The translations under genes were made by a program, and so were the position numbers. 64,000 bases of DNA from Candidatus Acidiferrum sp. (GTDB lineage Bacteria > Acidobacteriota > Terriglobia > Acidiferrales > UBA7541): contig DATFRZ010000063.1 of NCBI GenBank assembly GCA_035262885.1, positions 9,062-73,061 on the forward strand. The letters run 5' to 3'. Every line of letters starts with the position of its first letter. Positions within the stretch are counted from its first letter, which is position 1. The notes under the pieces are model-generated. The model was given only the letters and a program-made list of their open reading frames with translations, did no database searches and had not been told where the DNA came from. This document shows, in pieces, positions 10,020 through 19,850 of the stretch.

Positions 10020-10691
10020 CTATTTCCGGCCGTCATGAAGCAATGCCGCCAGCTCTGTCAGCCGATCCAAATAGATATCCGCGGGATGGGCTTCTCGGTC
10101 GTAGGTCCCGAATCCATAATTCACCACAGCCGCAAGAGTTCCGGCGTTTCGAGCGGTCTCGACGTCCACCGCGGAATCACCCACCATGAGCGCTTCGGCC
10201 GGAGCGGCCTTGAGTTCTTCAAGAATTTTCTTCGCGCCCAGCGGATCCGGCTTCTTCGTTTCAAAACTGTTCCCGCCATAGACCGCACGGAAATATTTCG
10301 CCAGCCCCAATTCTTCCAGAATCTTCCGGCTCACTCGCACCGGCTTGTTGGTCAGCACGGCCTTGGGAAATTCCCGCAGCTCTTCCAATGCCTCCGCAAC
10401 TCCCGGATACGCGCGTGTCGCATCCAGTTTGTGCTCTTCATAGTGCGCCAGAAAGAACTTCAGCGCTCGCTCACAGTCCACTTCCGTGGCTCCATTTCCC
10501 AGGGCTCGCGCCACCAGTCGCGGCGCTCCATGCCCGATGTAGCTGGAAACGGTGTCTTCGTGCAGAGGCTCGCGCCCCATCTCTACGAGCATCGCGTTGA
10601 CGGAACGAATTAAGTCTTGCTTTGAATCAATCAGCGTGCCGTCCAAATCGAAAATCAACGCGCGAACCGAAGACCAATTGGGAGCCGTCAT
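10020..10691 (-). CDS. gph: HAD-IA hydrolase, phosphoglycolate phosphatase-like
   Basis: FDLDGTLIDS, LTNKP, KKPDP, MVGDSAVD. Confidence 0.88.
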   Translation of the reverse strand: MTAPNWSSVRALIFDLDGTLIDSKQDLIRSVNAMLVEMGREPLHEDTVSSYIGHGAPRLVARALGNGATEVDCERALKFFLAHYEEHKLDATRAYPGVAEALEELREFPKAVLTNKPVRVSRKILEELGLAKYFRAVYGGNSFETKKPDPLGAKKILEELKAAPAEALMVGDSAVDVETARNAGTLAAVVNYGFGTYDREAHPADIYLDRLTELAALLHDGRK

Positions 10692-10823
10692 AAACCACTA
10701 TTTTAATATGCGGAGGATCCCGCGCCACTTTTGGCGGCTGCCCGCTACGCATCCGGCGAAGAACTTCGTGCATCCAATACCCGTCCCGGAGATGGACTGA
10801 TGCACAACACGGAGCTGCTTTTC

Positions 10824-10852
10824 TTGACTTCAATGGAAAGCCGTTCTAAACT
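10824..10852 (+). promoter_or_regulatory. Sigma70-type promoter of the dksA/traR gene
   Basis: TTGACT-N17-TAAACT about 50 nt upstream of ATG 10902. Confidence 0.65.
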
Positions 10853-10901
10853 ACGGAGTTTTTAGATGGCCCCAAATAGTATCCAGAGGGGCGGGACTTA
10901 A

Positions 10902-11255
10902 ATGGACAAGAAACGACTCGATTACTACAAGAAAAAACTGCTCGCGCGAAGGGAAGAACTCACAAAGACCATCGCACGCACTCAGGAAGAGGGAAGAACG
11001 GCGGACGAAGACCCCACCGTGGACTTGGCGGACAAGGCTGCCAACTCTTATACCAAAGAGTTTCTCTTCGGCATGACTAATGCCGACCGGTCGCTCCTGA
11101 ACTTGATTGATGGCGCTCTCAAACGCATCCAGGAAGACGAATACGGGGTGTGCGCCAACTGCCAGGAAGAAATGCAGCAGAAGCGGTTGGAAGCGGTGCC
11201 CTGGGCTAAGCACTGCATCGCGTGCCAGGAGAAGATGGAACAGGGCTTGTTGTAG
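10902..11255 (+). CDS. dksA: DksA/TraR family C4 zinc-finger regulator
   Basis: DLADKA (DxxDxA) coiled-coil tip, YGVCANC...RLEAVPWAKHCIACQ. Confidence 0.9.
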   Translation: MDKKRLDYYKKKLLARREELTKTIARTQEEGRTADEDPTVDLADKAANSYTKEFLFGMTNADRSLLNLIDGALKRIQEDEYGVCANCQEEMQQKRLEAVPWAKHCIACQEKMEQGLL

Positions 11256-11354
11256 GCGTTCCATTTATCGTTCCGCCAAGCTCCTCGCCATTTGATTACT
11301 GTACGGTAATTTACATCTTTGAGGCGGAAGAGCAAGAGTGTAGATTTTCCGGCT

Positions 11355-11904
11355 GTGGAGGAAGCGCGCAGATCGAGGCCAATCGCTGCGCTTCAAGGCC
11401 CTCCGGCTAGAAGGCGAGGCCTTCTCGAAGGTCTGCTACTCCTGGACTCGCGGTGTGTGCCGATCTGCCAAAATTGTCTCGGATTCTTTCGCACGGATCC
11501 CTCCAACCGTTTGGGAAATTTCGGTTGCCCTCTTTTCGGATTGCAGCTGAGAGAAGCGCAGCCGCGCTTCTGCCCAGCTTGCCCAAACAAAACGTATGGA
11601 TTTGATTGCGTGCAGTTTCGTGATTAATCCAGGACCGCTGGTTCGCGCAGTTCTCTTGGTCAAGTTCGAGCAAATCGAGCCTCTGGGCGCCTGGCTCGCG
11701 GAGTCGGTACGTGGCGCTTTTGCCACGCGCCCGGGCGGCCAAGTTGACAGTCTTCGCGTCCTACTGGTAGATGATGTATGGAAGACCGGAGCGACCTTGG
11801 ATGCCCGCGTGCGGGCGGTACGCGAAGCTGGCGCCAAGTCGGCAGTCGGCCTTACCGGGGCCCGCGCGATAAGAAATCCACTGCCAAGCTCCGTAGAATG
11901 GTAG
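11355..11904 (+). pseudogene. comF: ComF-family (zinc ribbon + PRTase) remnant
   Basis: PICQNC and FCPAC in one frame; frameshift near 11610-11627; then VRGAF...VLLVDDVWKTGATLDA; central VPVPLH/RGYNQ block absent. Confidence 0.82.
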
Positions 11905-11923
11905 AATACTTCCAGAAAGCTCG

Positions 11924-12568
11924 ATGGGATCAAACCGGCACATGGCGGCCGATTCCCGGGGGGCTCATACCCCCGATGCGGCCCGCGTGGCTGCGCCCGC
12001 TTCGGAAGCTCCCGCTGGCAGTAGAATCCACAACTCGATTTCGCGCCGGGCATCGTTGATGCAGGAACCCGTGCTGGTCCTGAATGCCACTTACGAGCCC
12101 ATCAACGTGACCGCCGTCCGCCGCGCGATGGTGCTGATGCTGAAAGGCGTAGCGCAGGCCGAGGAATTGCACAGCGCAGAGGTCCACTCCGCCGCCCACG
12201 CTCACCAGGTTCCTTCGGTGATCCGGTTGCTTGCCTACAGACACATTCCTCAGCAGAGCCGCGCGCTTTCACGCAAAAACATTTTGCTGCGCGACCGCAA
12301 CACGTGCCAGTTTTGCGGGCGCGTGTTTCCCAGTTCCGAGTTAACTCTGGACCACGTATTGCCCCGTTCTCGCGGCGGCCGGTCTTCCTGGGAGAATCTG
12401 GTCGCCTGCTGCTACCGTTGCAATAACACGAAAGGGGACCGCACTCCGGAAGAGGCCGGGCTAAAGCTAGCGCGCAAGCCCCGGCCTTTTACGCTGCATA
12501 CTTCCCGTCAATTAATGCGGCTGATAGGCCACCGCGACGATCGCTGGCGCAAATACCTGTTTTATTGA
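11924..12568 (+). CDS. HNH endonuclease (McrA-like)
   Basis: [52 protein letters not shown]; true start may be 11942 or 12059. Confidence 0.92.
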   Translation: MGSNRHMAADSRGAHTPDAARVAAPASEAPAGSRIHNSISRRASLMQEPVLVLNATYEPINVTAVRRAMVLMLKGVAQAEELHSAEVHSAAHAHQVPSVIRLLAYRHIPQQSRALSRKNILLRDRNTCQFCGRVFPSSELTLDHVLPRSRGGRSSWENLVACCYRCNNTKGDRTPEEAGLKLARKPRPFTLHTSRQLMRLIGHRDDRWRKYLFY

Positions 12569-12616
12569 GATTTGCCCTACTAAATCGATTTTTCCAAAAA
12601 ATCTTTCTGCCCCTAG

Positions 12617-12643
12617 GAAACCTTTTTCGCTCCCGTACATCTA
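12617..12643 (+). promoter_or_regulatory. ECF-sigma-like promoter with no downstream CDS
   Basis: GAAAC-N16-CATCTA, similar to GAAAC-N17-CGTCTA at 14394. Confidence 0.4.
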
Positions 12644-12676
12644 ACATTACAAAACCACTTCGAGGACACACCCCGG

Positions 12677-12716
12677 GAAGCGGTTAGGGCTAGCCCCTAA
12701 CCGCTTCTCTCCTTTT
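12677..12716 (+). terminator. Intrinsic terminator
   Basis: Perfect 13-bp stem gaagcggttaggg/ccctaaccgcttc, 5-nt loop, then tctcctttt. Confidence 0.75.
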
Positions 12717-12750
12717 ATGTGCCAATTTCTCTCCGTTAGATTTTTTTCCC

Positions 12751-13113
12751 TCATACCCGGGATTCCGGAAAACTTTGTAACGCCTCTTCTTCGCTCGGGA
12801 ATTCAGGGAAAACCCTGAATAGCTGGGTAATCTTCAGAACCTCTTCCACCTTCGCCGACAAACCGACCACTTTCATCTCGCCGCCCTTTTTCACCACGGA
12901 AACGTAGCTTCGGGCCAATTCCCCGATTCCCGAGCTGTCCAGATAGTCCAGGGCCCCCAGATTCAACACCACTTTCTTGCGGCCTTCCTCTAAGAGCCGC
13001 GTAATGGCATCTCGTAGTGCGCTAACCTCGAACGACGTCAGCCGTCCGGCAATATCAAGGACAGTGACTTCACTTCTTTTTCGAATGGAAATCGTGAATG
13101 AGCGGTGCGGCAA
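12751..13113 (-). CDS. STAS-domain anti-sigma-factor antagonist
   Basis: VVLNLGALDYLDSSGIGEL phospho-Ser motif. Confidence 0.9.
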   Translation of the reverse strand: MPHRSFTISIRKRSEVTVLDIAGRLTSFEVSALRDAITRLLEEGRKKVVLNLGALDYLDSSGIGELARSYVSVVKKGGEMKVVGLSAKVEEVLKITQLFRVFPEFPSEEEALQSFPESRV

Positions 13114-13413
13114 CGTGGGTCCTCTCCGCTGGGAAAAAGATTGTACTGCGAGAACCGGTCAATGTGGAGATAACTTCCTCCGGCGCGGAACTTCGCGACA
13201 TTATTGCCGCATAACCACGTGCAGGCCACGCCTCCAACTTTTTGCCATGCCCACGCACGCGAGTTCAAGTTCCGGCCACAAAAATCTCAAAATTTCATGC
13301 GTCGAAGGGTGGAAGCGCAGCGCTGGCGCCACAAGATACACGAGCGGAGGAATCTGCTGAAGTTCGACCCCGGGAAAATAGCCGTAACGCGAGATCTCTC
13401 GGCGTTCCAGGTG

Positions 13414-14157
13414 CTATCGGCCAACCATCAACCGCTGAACCAGCGGCTCGGGAAGGCGAGCGGAACGCATTCGTTTTTGCACTGCCGGGATGTCGTAGGG
13501 CACGCGCCAGAATTGCACCACGTTGTGCTCGAGGTCGGCGATGGCAAAGGCTGCGCGCGGGTCTCCGTCGCGCGGCTGCCCAATCGAGCCGGGATTCAAT
13601 AAATACCGCCGCGCGGGCTCGACGCGCAGCGCGGCATAGGATTCTGCCGGGCGCGGCCGGATCTGTAACACCTCCAGCTGCGAATCTCGATACGAAAAAC
13701 CTCCTTGATGATGGGTGTGCCCAAAAAACGTGACTAAGGCGTTCGAATCCAGCAACCCATCGAGCGCTTGTTCCGGTGTGAATACATATTCATCTTCGTC
13801 CTGAAGCGCGCCGTGAACGAGCACGACCCCGTCCGACTCCAGCGGTCCTTTGGGCAAAGCCGAGAGCCACGCCATGTGCTCCGCTTTGAGTTCCGTTCGC
13901 GTCCAATCGACTGCCGCCTTTGCCACCGGATTGAAATCTTCAGTGGCCATTAAACCGGTCACTGCTTTGTCGTGATTGCCTCGGATCGTCTTTGTGCCCA
14001 ATTCGCGCAGCTTCGCCGTAACGTAATTTGGGTCCGGGCCATAGCCGACCACGTCCCCCAAGCAAACCGAAGAGTCCCAATGGTCCTTGGCCGCATCAAG
14101 AACAGAATCTAGCGCCGTGCCGTTCGAATGCAAATCGCTCAGAATCAGAATCCGCAT
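13414..14157 (-). CDS. Metallophosphoesterase family protein
   Basis: SDLHSN, LGDVVGYG, RGNHD, GHTH, NPGSIGQPRDGDPRA. Confidence 0.92.
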   Translation of the reverse strand: MRILILSDLHSNGTALDSVLDAAKDHWDSSVCLGDVVGYGPDPNYVTAKLRELGTKTIRGNHDKAVTGLMATEDFNPVAKAAVDWTRTELKAEHMAWLSALPKGPLESDGVVLVHGALQDEDEYVFTPEQALDGLLDSNALVTFFGHTHHQGGFSYRDSQLEVLQIRPRPAESYAALRVEPARRYLLNPGSIGQPRDGDPRAAFAIADLEHNVVQFWRVPYDIPAVQKRMRSARLPEPLVQRLMVGR

Positions 14158-14393
14158 CGTGGTCCTTGAAAAAAATGACCTAGAGTATAAATGAACAAGC
14201 TAGCCCATGCACGAAGCGATGAAACCTATGTGAAGAACGGCAATCCAATCTCTCGGAGGGGTTGTGGGTTGTCTTCTAATTCTTTTTTAGGTGAATTTTA
14301 TTCTCAAGAGCGGAAAAGATTCTTTTTTGAGGGAAAAGCAATCTCTCCAGCCGCAATTTTCTGCATCTTTGCAAGATTTTATTGAAAACCGGC

Positions 14394-14421
14394 GAAACAT
14401 TCCCCACGGTAATTTCGTCTA
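14394..14421 (+). promoter_or_regulatory. ECF-sigma-like promoter
   Basis: GAAAC-N17-CGTCTA about 225 nt upstream of ATG 14647. Confidence 0.45.
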
Positions 14422-14465
14422 TACAGGCGCAGCTCCTTACCGGGCTTGCTAAAGGCGAGATTCAG

Positions 14466-14494
14466 AAAAAACCCCGCGGTGGCAGCCGCGGGGT
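14466..14494 (-). terminator. Intrinsic terminator (minus strand)
   Basis: accccgcgg-ctgcca-ccgcggggt followed by a T run on the minus strand. Confidence 0.75.
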
Positions 14495-14546
14495 CATGAC
14501 ACGCAATCTTTCCGGCCGTTAGTCCAGGAAGAAGAGGTGTCTTCAT
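14466..14546 (-). ncRNA. Candidate ~80-nt small RNA
   Basis: Bounded by TTGACA-N17-TAGTCT (14580-14552) and a terminator hairpin plus T6 (14494-14466); internal imperfect hairpin. Confidence 0.55.
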
Positions 14547-14551
14547 GGCGG

Positions 14552-14580
14552 AGACTACCCGTCCGCCCCCTGCGTGTCAA
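14552..14580 (-). promoter_or_regulatory. Sigma70-type promoter
   Basis: Perfect TTGACA, 17-nt spacer, TAGTCT. Confidence 0.65.
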
Positions 14581-14646
14581 CTCATTCTTGCCGCGGCATC
14601 CTGCTATCGGCTGACTCGATCCTGTTCCGAAAGGAATTTGACACGC

Positions 14647-14979
14647 ATGAGAAACAACTCCTTTTTCCGCTGCGTGGCCCTGCTCGCCGCCATCGCGCTG
14701 GCAGTGCCCGTTTTCGCCAAGCCCTTTTCCAAGAATATTAGCCTCGCTCAAACCGCTAAACTCGGCAAAGCCGAGCTCCAGGCCGGCGAGTATCGCCTGC
14801 TGATCGACGGCAACAAAGCCACCGTGCAGAAGGGCGGCAAAGTGGTTGCCGAATCCGAAGGACGCTGGGAAGACCGCAGCGCCAAATCCAGTTACGACTC
14901 CGTGCTCATCAGCGAAAATGGCCAGGTGAAGGAAGTTCGTTTTTCCGGCCAGTCTCGGGTATTTGTCTTCAGTGAGTAG
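14647..14979 (+). CDS. Small secreted beta-rich protein of unknown function
   Basis: RBS aagga at 14631; signal peptide MRNNSFFRCVALLAAIALAVPVFA; LQAGEY motif. Confidence 0.8.
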   Translation: MRNNSFFRCVALLAAIALAVPVFAKPFSKNISLAQTAKLGKAELQAGEYRLLIDGNKATVQKGGKVVAESEGRWEDRSAKSSYDSVLISENGQVKEVRFSGQSRVFVFSE

Positions 14980-15019
14980 GATCTCTTCTTTAACCCCTTT
15001 CCCAGCGACGAGAGAGAGG

Positions 15020-15043
15020 GAGGCTGCAGCCCGCCGCAGCCTC
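15020..15043. terminator. Hairpin between convergent genes
   Basis: gaggctgc/gcagcctc 8-bp stem. Confidence 0.45.
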
Positions 15044-15090
15044 TCACTTGTCCAATCCTTTTCTAGAAATTCGTCCTGCTTCTCCCTTGC

Positions 15091-16188
15091 TCACCGAATC
15101 AGCATGCAATCTCCGTAGCTATAGAATCGGTAGCCTGCTTCGACCGCGTGCCGGTAAGCTGCAAGAACATTTTCGCGGCCGGCAAACGCGCATACCAACG
15201 CCAGCAGTGTGGACCGCGGTAAGTGAAAGTTGGTCAGCAGGCAGGTGACGACGCGAAAACGAAATCCGGGCGTGATGAACAACTTTGCTTCGGCCTTTCC
15301 GGCGCTCACGACGGTCGAAGACCCTGATTCCGCCGCGCGCACGGCCGAATCTTCCAATGCCCGCACGACCGTCGTTCCAACGGCGAAAACCGGGCGTCCC
15401 TCCGCGTTCGCGGCATTGATCCGTTCGGCTGTTTCACGTGGAACTTCATAAGATTCGGAATGCATCACGTGGCCTTCCAGCGTTTCCCCATGAATTGGCT
15501 GAAACGTGCCAAGCCCCACATCCAGCGTTAGCTCGCAGATCTCCGCACCTCGCGCGCGGATTCGTTCCAGTATTTCCTCGGAAAAATGTAGACCCGCGGT
15601 CGGCGCAGCAATCGCGCCGGGATTCTTCGCAAAAAGGGTTTGATAGCGCTCCCGATCCGCCGTTTCCTCCGCGCGTTCAATGTACGGGGGCAGCGGCACG
15701 TGTCCCAGCCGCTCCAAATGTTCGTTCATCGTCCTCTGGTCGCGAGAAACGAACCGCAGTGTTCGCAGGCCGAATTTCCCTCGCGTGGTTATTTCGGCCT
15801 CCAACTCGCCTTCGCCAAAAAGAACACGCTCCCCAAGGTGCATCTTGCGCCCTGGCCGGACCAGCGCCTCCCAAGTGTCATCCTTGATACGGCGCGTTAG
15901 CAGGATCTCGACTTTCCCGGTCAAGTGCTCGCCTCGCGTAGACCGGGAAGGCTTCTGCGAGTGCACCCCCGCGCGCCGTCCAAAAAGCCGTGCGGGAATC
16001 ACCCGGGCGTCGTTCAAAACCAGGAGCTCATTGCCTGCAAGAAGATCCGGGAATTCCGCAAATTCCCGATCCCCGAACTCGCCCGAAGAACGATTCAAGA
16101 GCAGGAGGCGCGAGGCATCTCGGCGGTCTAGGGGCCGCTGCGCGATTCGCTCTGGTGGCAGGTAGTAGTCAAGCTCGTCCGGGCGCAT
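15091..16188 (-). CDS. queA: S-adenosylmethionine:tRNA ribosyltransferase-isomerase
   Basis: DYYLPPERIAQRP, VIPARLFG, PLPPYI, AAPTAGLHF, AVGTTVVRALE, TNFHLPRSTL, YRFYSYGD; start trimmed to ATG 16188. Confidence 0.96.
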   Translation of the reverse strand: MRPDELDYYLPPERIAQRPLDRRDASRLLLLNRSSGEFGDREFAEFPDLLAGNELLVLNDARVIPARLFGRRAGVHSQKPSRSTRGEHLTGKVEILLTRRIKDDTWEALVRPGRKMHLGERVLFGEGELEAEITTRGKFGLRTLRFVSRDQRTMNEHLERLGHVPLPPYIERAEETADRERYQTLFAKNPGAIAAPTAGLHFSEEILERIRARGAEICELTLDVGLGTFQPIHGETLEGHVMHSESYEVPRETAERINAANAEGRPVFAVGTTVVRALEDSAVRAAESGSSTVVSAGKAEAKLFITPGFRFRVVTCLLTNFHLPRSTLLALVCAFAGRENVLAAYRHAVEAGYRFYSYGDCMLIR

Positions 16189-16469
16189 GAGCAGCCATAA
16201 GTCTAACAAGAACCTCCCACCGATTTGCGAACCTGAGCCTGCGGCGGCCTCCGGATGGTCTGGACTCTTCCCTCTTCTGGAACCTCGTAGCGTCACCCCT
16301 TTCCAAGGCCAGTGATTCCTTCGCATGACTAGCTTGCGCTGCAAGCTCGCTTGCAAGTGACCGCGCGGGGCAACCACCTCACATCTGATTCATTCATTGC
16401 GGGCGGGCTTAGGCTCCAGAATTCCACTATCTTATTGTATATAAGCTACTTGTAGTAAGACATAAAGTT

Positions 16470-16499
16470 CTTGACAGTTGTACACTCATATCTTATGAT
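16470..16499 (+). promoter_or_regulatory. Sigma70 promoter overlapped by a HAIR-like operator
   Basis: TTGACA-N17-TATGAT; CTTGACA-N7-ACTCATA versus HAIR consensus CTTGAGT-N7-ACTCAAG. Confidence 0.65.
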
Positions 16500-16533
16500 G
16501 TCACTACAATCACCTATGGAGGTGCTTACAACT

Positions 16534-17013
16534 ATGAGAACAGTAGCCCGATGGGAACCCTCCCGCCGCGTTTCTACCCTGCAGGAACAGATCAATCGCC
16601 TGTTCCACGAGACGTTTGAACGGACCGGCGAGCAATCCAGCCTCAGCGCGTGGGCGCCAGCCGTTGACATCTACGAGAACGAGCATGAACTCGTGGTGAA
16701 GGCGGATCTCCCCGATGTCGATCCCAAGGATCTCGACATCCGTGTGGAGAACCATCTCCTCACGATTCGCGGGGAGCGCAAGTTCGAGAAGAAAGTAAAC
16801 GAAGAAAACTACCTGCGCGTCGAGCGCTCTTATGGTTCCTTCGCCCGCAGCTTCACCCTCGCGAATACCGTGAATCCCGATGCGATCAAAGCCGATTATC
16901 AGCACGGGGTGCTGACGCTGAGTATCCCCAAGCGCGAGGAAGCGAAGCCGAAGCAGATCAAGGTGAATGTAAACGCTCCGGCGGTGGCCGCCGCGGCTGC
17001 CTCAGGCAAGTAA
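16534..17013 (+). CDS. Small heat-shock protein Hsp20
   Basis: WAPAVDIYE, ADLPDV, LTIRGER, ERSYGSFARSFTL, GVLTLSIPK; RBS GGAGG at 16518. Confidence 0.95.
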   Translation: MRTVARWEPSRRVSTLQEQINRLFHETFERTGEQSSLSAWAPAVDIYENEHELVVKADLPDVDPKDLDIRVENHLLTIRGERKFEKKVNEENYLRVERSYGSFARSFTLANTVNPDAIKADYQHGVLTLSIPKREEAKPKQIKVNVNAPAVAAAAASGK

Positions 17014-17062
17014 GGGCTACGCAGCGAAAAGGCTGCAAAGCAAGTACGCAAGCTGTAAGAAT

Positions 17063-17091
17063 AGGGGCTGGCGGTCGGCCAGCCCCTTCTT
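17063..17091 (+). terminator. Hairpin (terminator or stabiliser) between hsp20 and clpB
   Basis: aggggctggc/gccagcccct 10-bp stem plus tctt. Confidence 0.55.
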
Positions 17092-17124
17092 GCGACCGAT
17101 ACACAGAATTGGATCGAGGGTCCG

Positions 17125-19749
17125 ATGTTGCGATTTGAAAAAATGACGGTGAAGGCGCAGGAGGCTGTGCAAGGCGCCCAGGAAGTGGCTGCACGGCACG
17201 AGAATCAGCAGATTGAGCCGATTCACCTGTTGTCGGCTCTGGTAGCCCAGACCGACGGTGTCGTGCCTCCTTTGCTCGCCCGCTTGGGAATTCACGGCGA
17301 GGCGCTCACTCAGGAAATTGAGCGCGAGATCGCGCGCCTTCCCAAAGTGCAGGGCTTCGCCCAGCAGCACATGGGCCGTCCGCTCAACGACATCCTCGAA
17401 CAGGCATTCAAAGAGGCGGACAGCTTCAAAGATGAGTTCGTTTCGACCGAACACTTGTTTTTGGCGATTGCCAAGCGCGACCGTGATCCTGCCGGGCAAT
17501 TGTTGAAGCGGCACGGAGCTTCGCATGAAGCGATTCTGCAGGCGCTGGCTGGCGTGCGTGGAACGCAGCGCGTGACGTCTCAGAATCCCGAAGCCACCTA
17601 TGCGGCCTTGGAGAAATATGCTCGCGACCTAACCGAGCTGGCGCGGAAGCAGAAACTCGATCCGGTCATCGGCCGCGATGAAGAAATTCGCCGCGTGATG
17701 CAAATCCTCGCGCGGCGCACAAAAAACAATCCGGTATTGATCGGCGAACCCGGGGTCGGAAAGACAGCCATCGTCGAAGGTCTTGCCCAGCGCATCATTT
17801 CCGGCGACGTTCCGGATGTGCTTAAGACAAAACGCATTGTTGCCCTCGATCTTGCAGCCCTCGTGGCAGGAGCGAAATTCCGCGGCGAATTTGAGGACCG
17901 CTTGAAAGCCGTTCTCAAAGAAATCACCGAAGCCGAAGGACAAATCATTCTTTTCATCGACGAGCTGCACACGCTCGTGGGAGCCGGCGCAGCCGAAGGC
18001 GCCATGGATGCTTCCAACATGCTAAAGCCGGCGCTGGCCCGCGGTGAACTGCGCGCCATCGGCGCCACCACTCTCAACGAGTACAAGAAGCACATCGAAA
18101 AAGATCCGGCGCTCGAACGCCGCTTCCAGCCCGTGCTGGTCTCCGAACCGACCGTGGAAGACACGATTGCGATTCTGCGCGGGCTGAAAGAGCGCTACGA
18201 AGTGCACCACGGCGTGCGCATCAAGGACTCGGCCATCATCGCCGCGGCAACGCTTTCCAACCGTTACATTTCAGACCGTTTTTTGCCGGACAAGGCCATC
18301 GACTTGGTCGATGAGGCCGCCGCAAGCTTGCGGATGCAGATTGATTCCATGCCTGTGGAGATTGACGAAATCGAGCGCCGCATTCTACAGCTCGAAATCG
18401 AGCGCCAGGCGCTGTTGAAAGAATCCGACACGCATTCCAAAGAACGGCGCGGGCAGATTGAGAAGGAGCTTGCCAAACTGAAAGAAGAATCGAGCGCGAA
18501 AAAGGCGCGGTGGCAAAACGAGAAAGAAGCCATTGGCAAAATTCGCAAACTGAAAGAGCAAATCGAGCAGCTCAAGGCCGAGGCGGAGCGTTACGAACGC
18601 GCGGGAGAACTGGCCAAGGTCGCGGAGATCCGTTATGGAAAGATTGCCGCGGCAGAACGCGAACTGCAGCAAGCGCAGCAGCGCTTTGCTTCCGTGCAAA
18701 AAGATGCTCCTATGCTGAAAGAAGAGGTCGACGAAGAAGATATCGCGAAGCTCGTCAGCAAATGGACGGGGATTCCAGCGGGCCGCTTGCTCGAGGGCGA
18801 AGCACAAAAGCTCGTGCACATGGAGGAACGCCTACGGCAGCGAGTGGTTGGCCAGGACGACGCGCTGGCGCGGGTTGCCAATGCTGTCCGCCGTAGCCGC
18901 GCGGGGCTTTCCGACACGAAGCGCCCCATCGGCTCGTTCATTTTTCTTGGGCCGACCGGGGTAGGAAAAACGGAACTGGCTCGGGCCCTGGCGGAATTCC
19001 TCTTCGACGATGAAAAGCTGATGATTCGCATTGACATGAGCGAGTACATGGAAAAGCACAGCGTTTCGCGGCTGATCGGCGCGCCTCCGGGCTATGTCGG
19101 CTACGAAGAAGGCGGACAGCTTACCGAACAGGTCCGGCGCCATTTGTATTCCGTCATCCTTTTTGACGAAATCGAGAAAGCGCATCCCGATGTGTTCAAC
19201 GTGTTGTTGCAGATTCTCGAGGACGGGCGCCTCACCGACGGCAAAGGCCGCACGGTGGATTTCCGGAACACCGTGTTGGTGATGACCAGCAACGTCGGCT
19301 CCGGAGCCATTTCGGAATTGGCGGGCAAGGATCCGGGGCGCGCGCGAAAGGCAGCAATGGAAGCCTTGGGCGCGTCGTTCCGGCCAGAATTTATCAACCG
19401 GATCGATGAGATCGTGATCTTCAATCCGCTCGGCAAGGAACAGTTGGCGGAAATCGTGGGCCTGCTCATGAAGAACGTCGAGAAGCTGCTCGCCGAACGG
19501 CAGATTACTCTGGAACTGAAGCCAGCAGCGCAAGAACTGCTGCTGCGCGAAGGCTATGATCCGGCTTACGGCGCTCGGCCTCTTCGCCGCACGATTCAAC
19601 GGTTGGTCCAGGACCCGCTCGCGTTGCAGATCCTGGAAGGCCAGGTGCTGGCGGGCGATCACGTAATCGTCGATCGGGGTGGGCAGAAGGACATCCTGCG
19701 CTTCGAGCGCAAGCCGTCAAAACAACCCGCGGCCGCAGCGCGTATCTAA
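17125..19749 (+). CDS. clpB: ATP-dependent chaperone ClpB
   Basis: Two AAA+ modules ([16 protein letters not shown]), middle coiled coil, GAPPGYVGY. Confidence 0.97.
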   Translation: MLRFEKMTVKAQEAVQGAQEVAARHENQQIEPIHLLSALVAQTDGVVPPLLARLGIHGEALTQEIEREIARLPKVQGFAQQHMGRPLNDILEQAFKEADSFKDEFVSTEHLFLAIAKRDRDPAGQLLKRHGASHEAILQALAGVRGTQRVTSQNPEATYAALEKYARDLTELARKQKLDPVIGRDEEIRRVMQILARRTKNNPVLIGEPGVGKTAIVEGLAQRIISGDVPDVLKTKRIVALDLAALVAGAKFRGEFEDRLKAVLKEITEAEGQIILFIDELHTLVGAGAAEGAMDASNMLKPALARGELRAIGATTLNEYKKHIEKDPALERRFQPVLVSEPTVEDTIAILRGLKERYEVHHGVRIKDSAIIAAATLSNRYISDRFLPDKAIDLVDEAAASLRMQIDSMPVEIDEIERRILQLEIERQALLKESDTHSKERRGQIEKELAKLKEESSAKKARWQNEKEAIGKIRKLKEQIEQLKAEAERYERAGELAKVAEIRYGKIAAAERELQQAQQRFASVQKDAPMLKEEVDEEDIAKLVSKWTGIPAGRLLEGEAQKLVHMEERLRQRVVGQDDALARVANAVRRSRAGLSDTKRPIGSFIFLGPTGVGKTELARALAEFLFDDEKLMIRIDMSEYMEKHSVSRLIGAPPGYVGYEEGGQLTEQVRRHLYSVILFDEIEKAHPDVFNVLLQILEDGRLTDGKGRTVDFRNTVLVMTSNVGSGAISELAGKDPGRARKAAMEALGASFRPEFINRIDEIVIFNPLGKEQLAEIVGLLMKNVEKLLAERQITLELKPAAQELLLREGYDPAYGARPLRRTIQRLVQDPLALQILEGQVLAGDHVIVDRGGQKDILRFERKPSKQPAAAARI

Positions 19750-19850
19750 TCTAGAGGGGAGAAATGTGGCAGAAGAAGCTGATTTACCCCTCAATCATGG
19801 AGAGTGACACTTCGTACGCGAATGGCGCACGCATAGAATAGAAGGAAATC

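Noticed and set aside
10749-10777. Third ECF-like promoter GCATC-N17-CATCCAA upstream of dksA
   Set aside because: Weaker match, and a good sigma70 promoter lies closer to the gene.
14379-14546. Leaderless 55-aa peptide or attenuator leader (MKTPLLPGLTAG...)
   Set aside because: The frame runs through the terminator, has no regulatory codon run, and no biosynthetic gene follows; the sRNA reading is preferred but this is not fully excluded.
16189-16400. preQ1 riboswitch or N-terminal extension of queA
   Set aside because: GAGGTTCCAG resembles the preQ1-I start but lacks the pairing strand and A-rich tail; QueA motifs begin at 16188.
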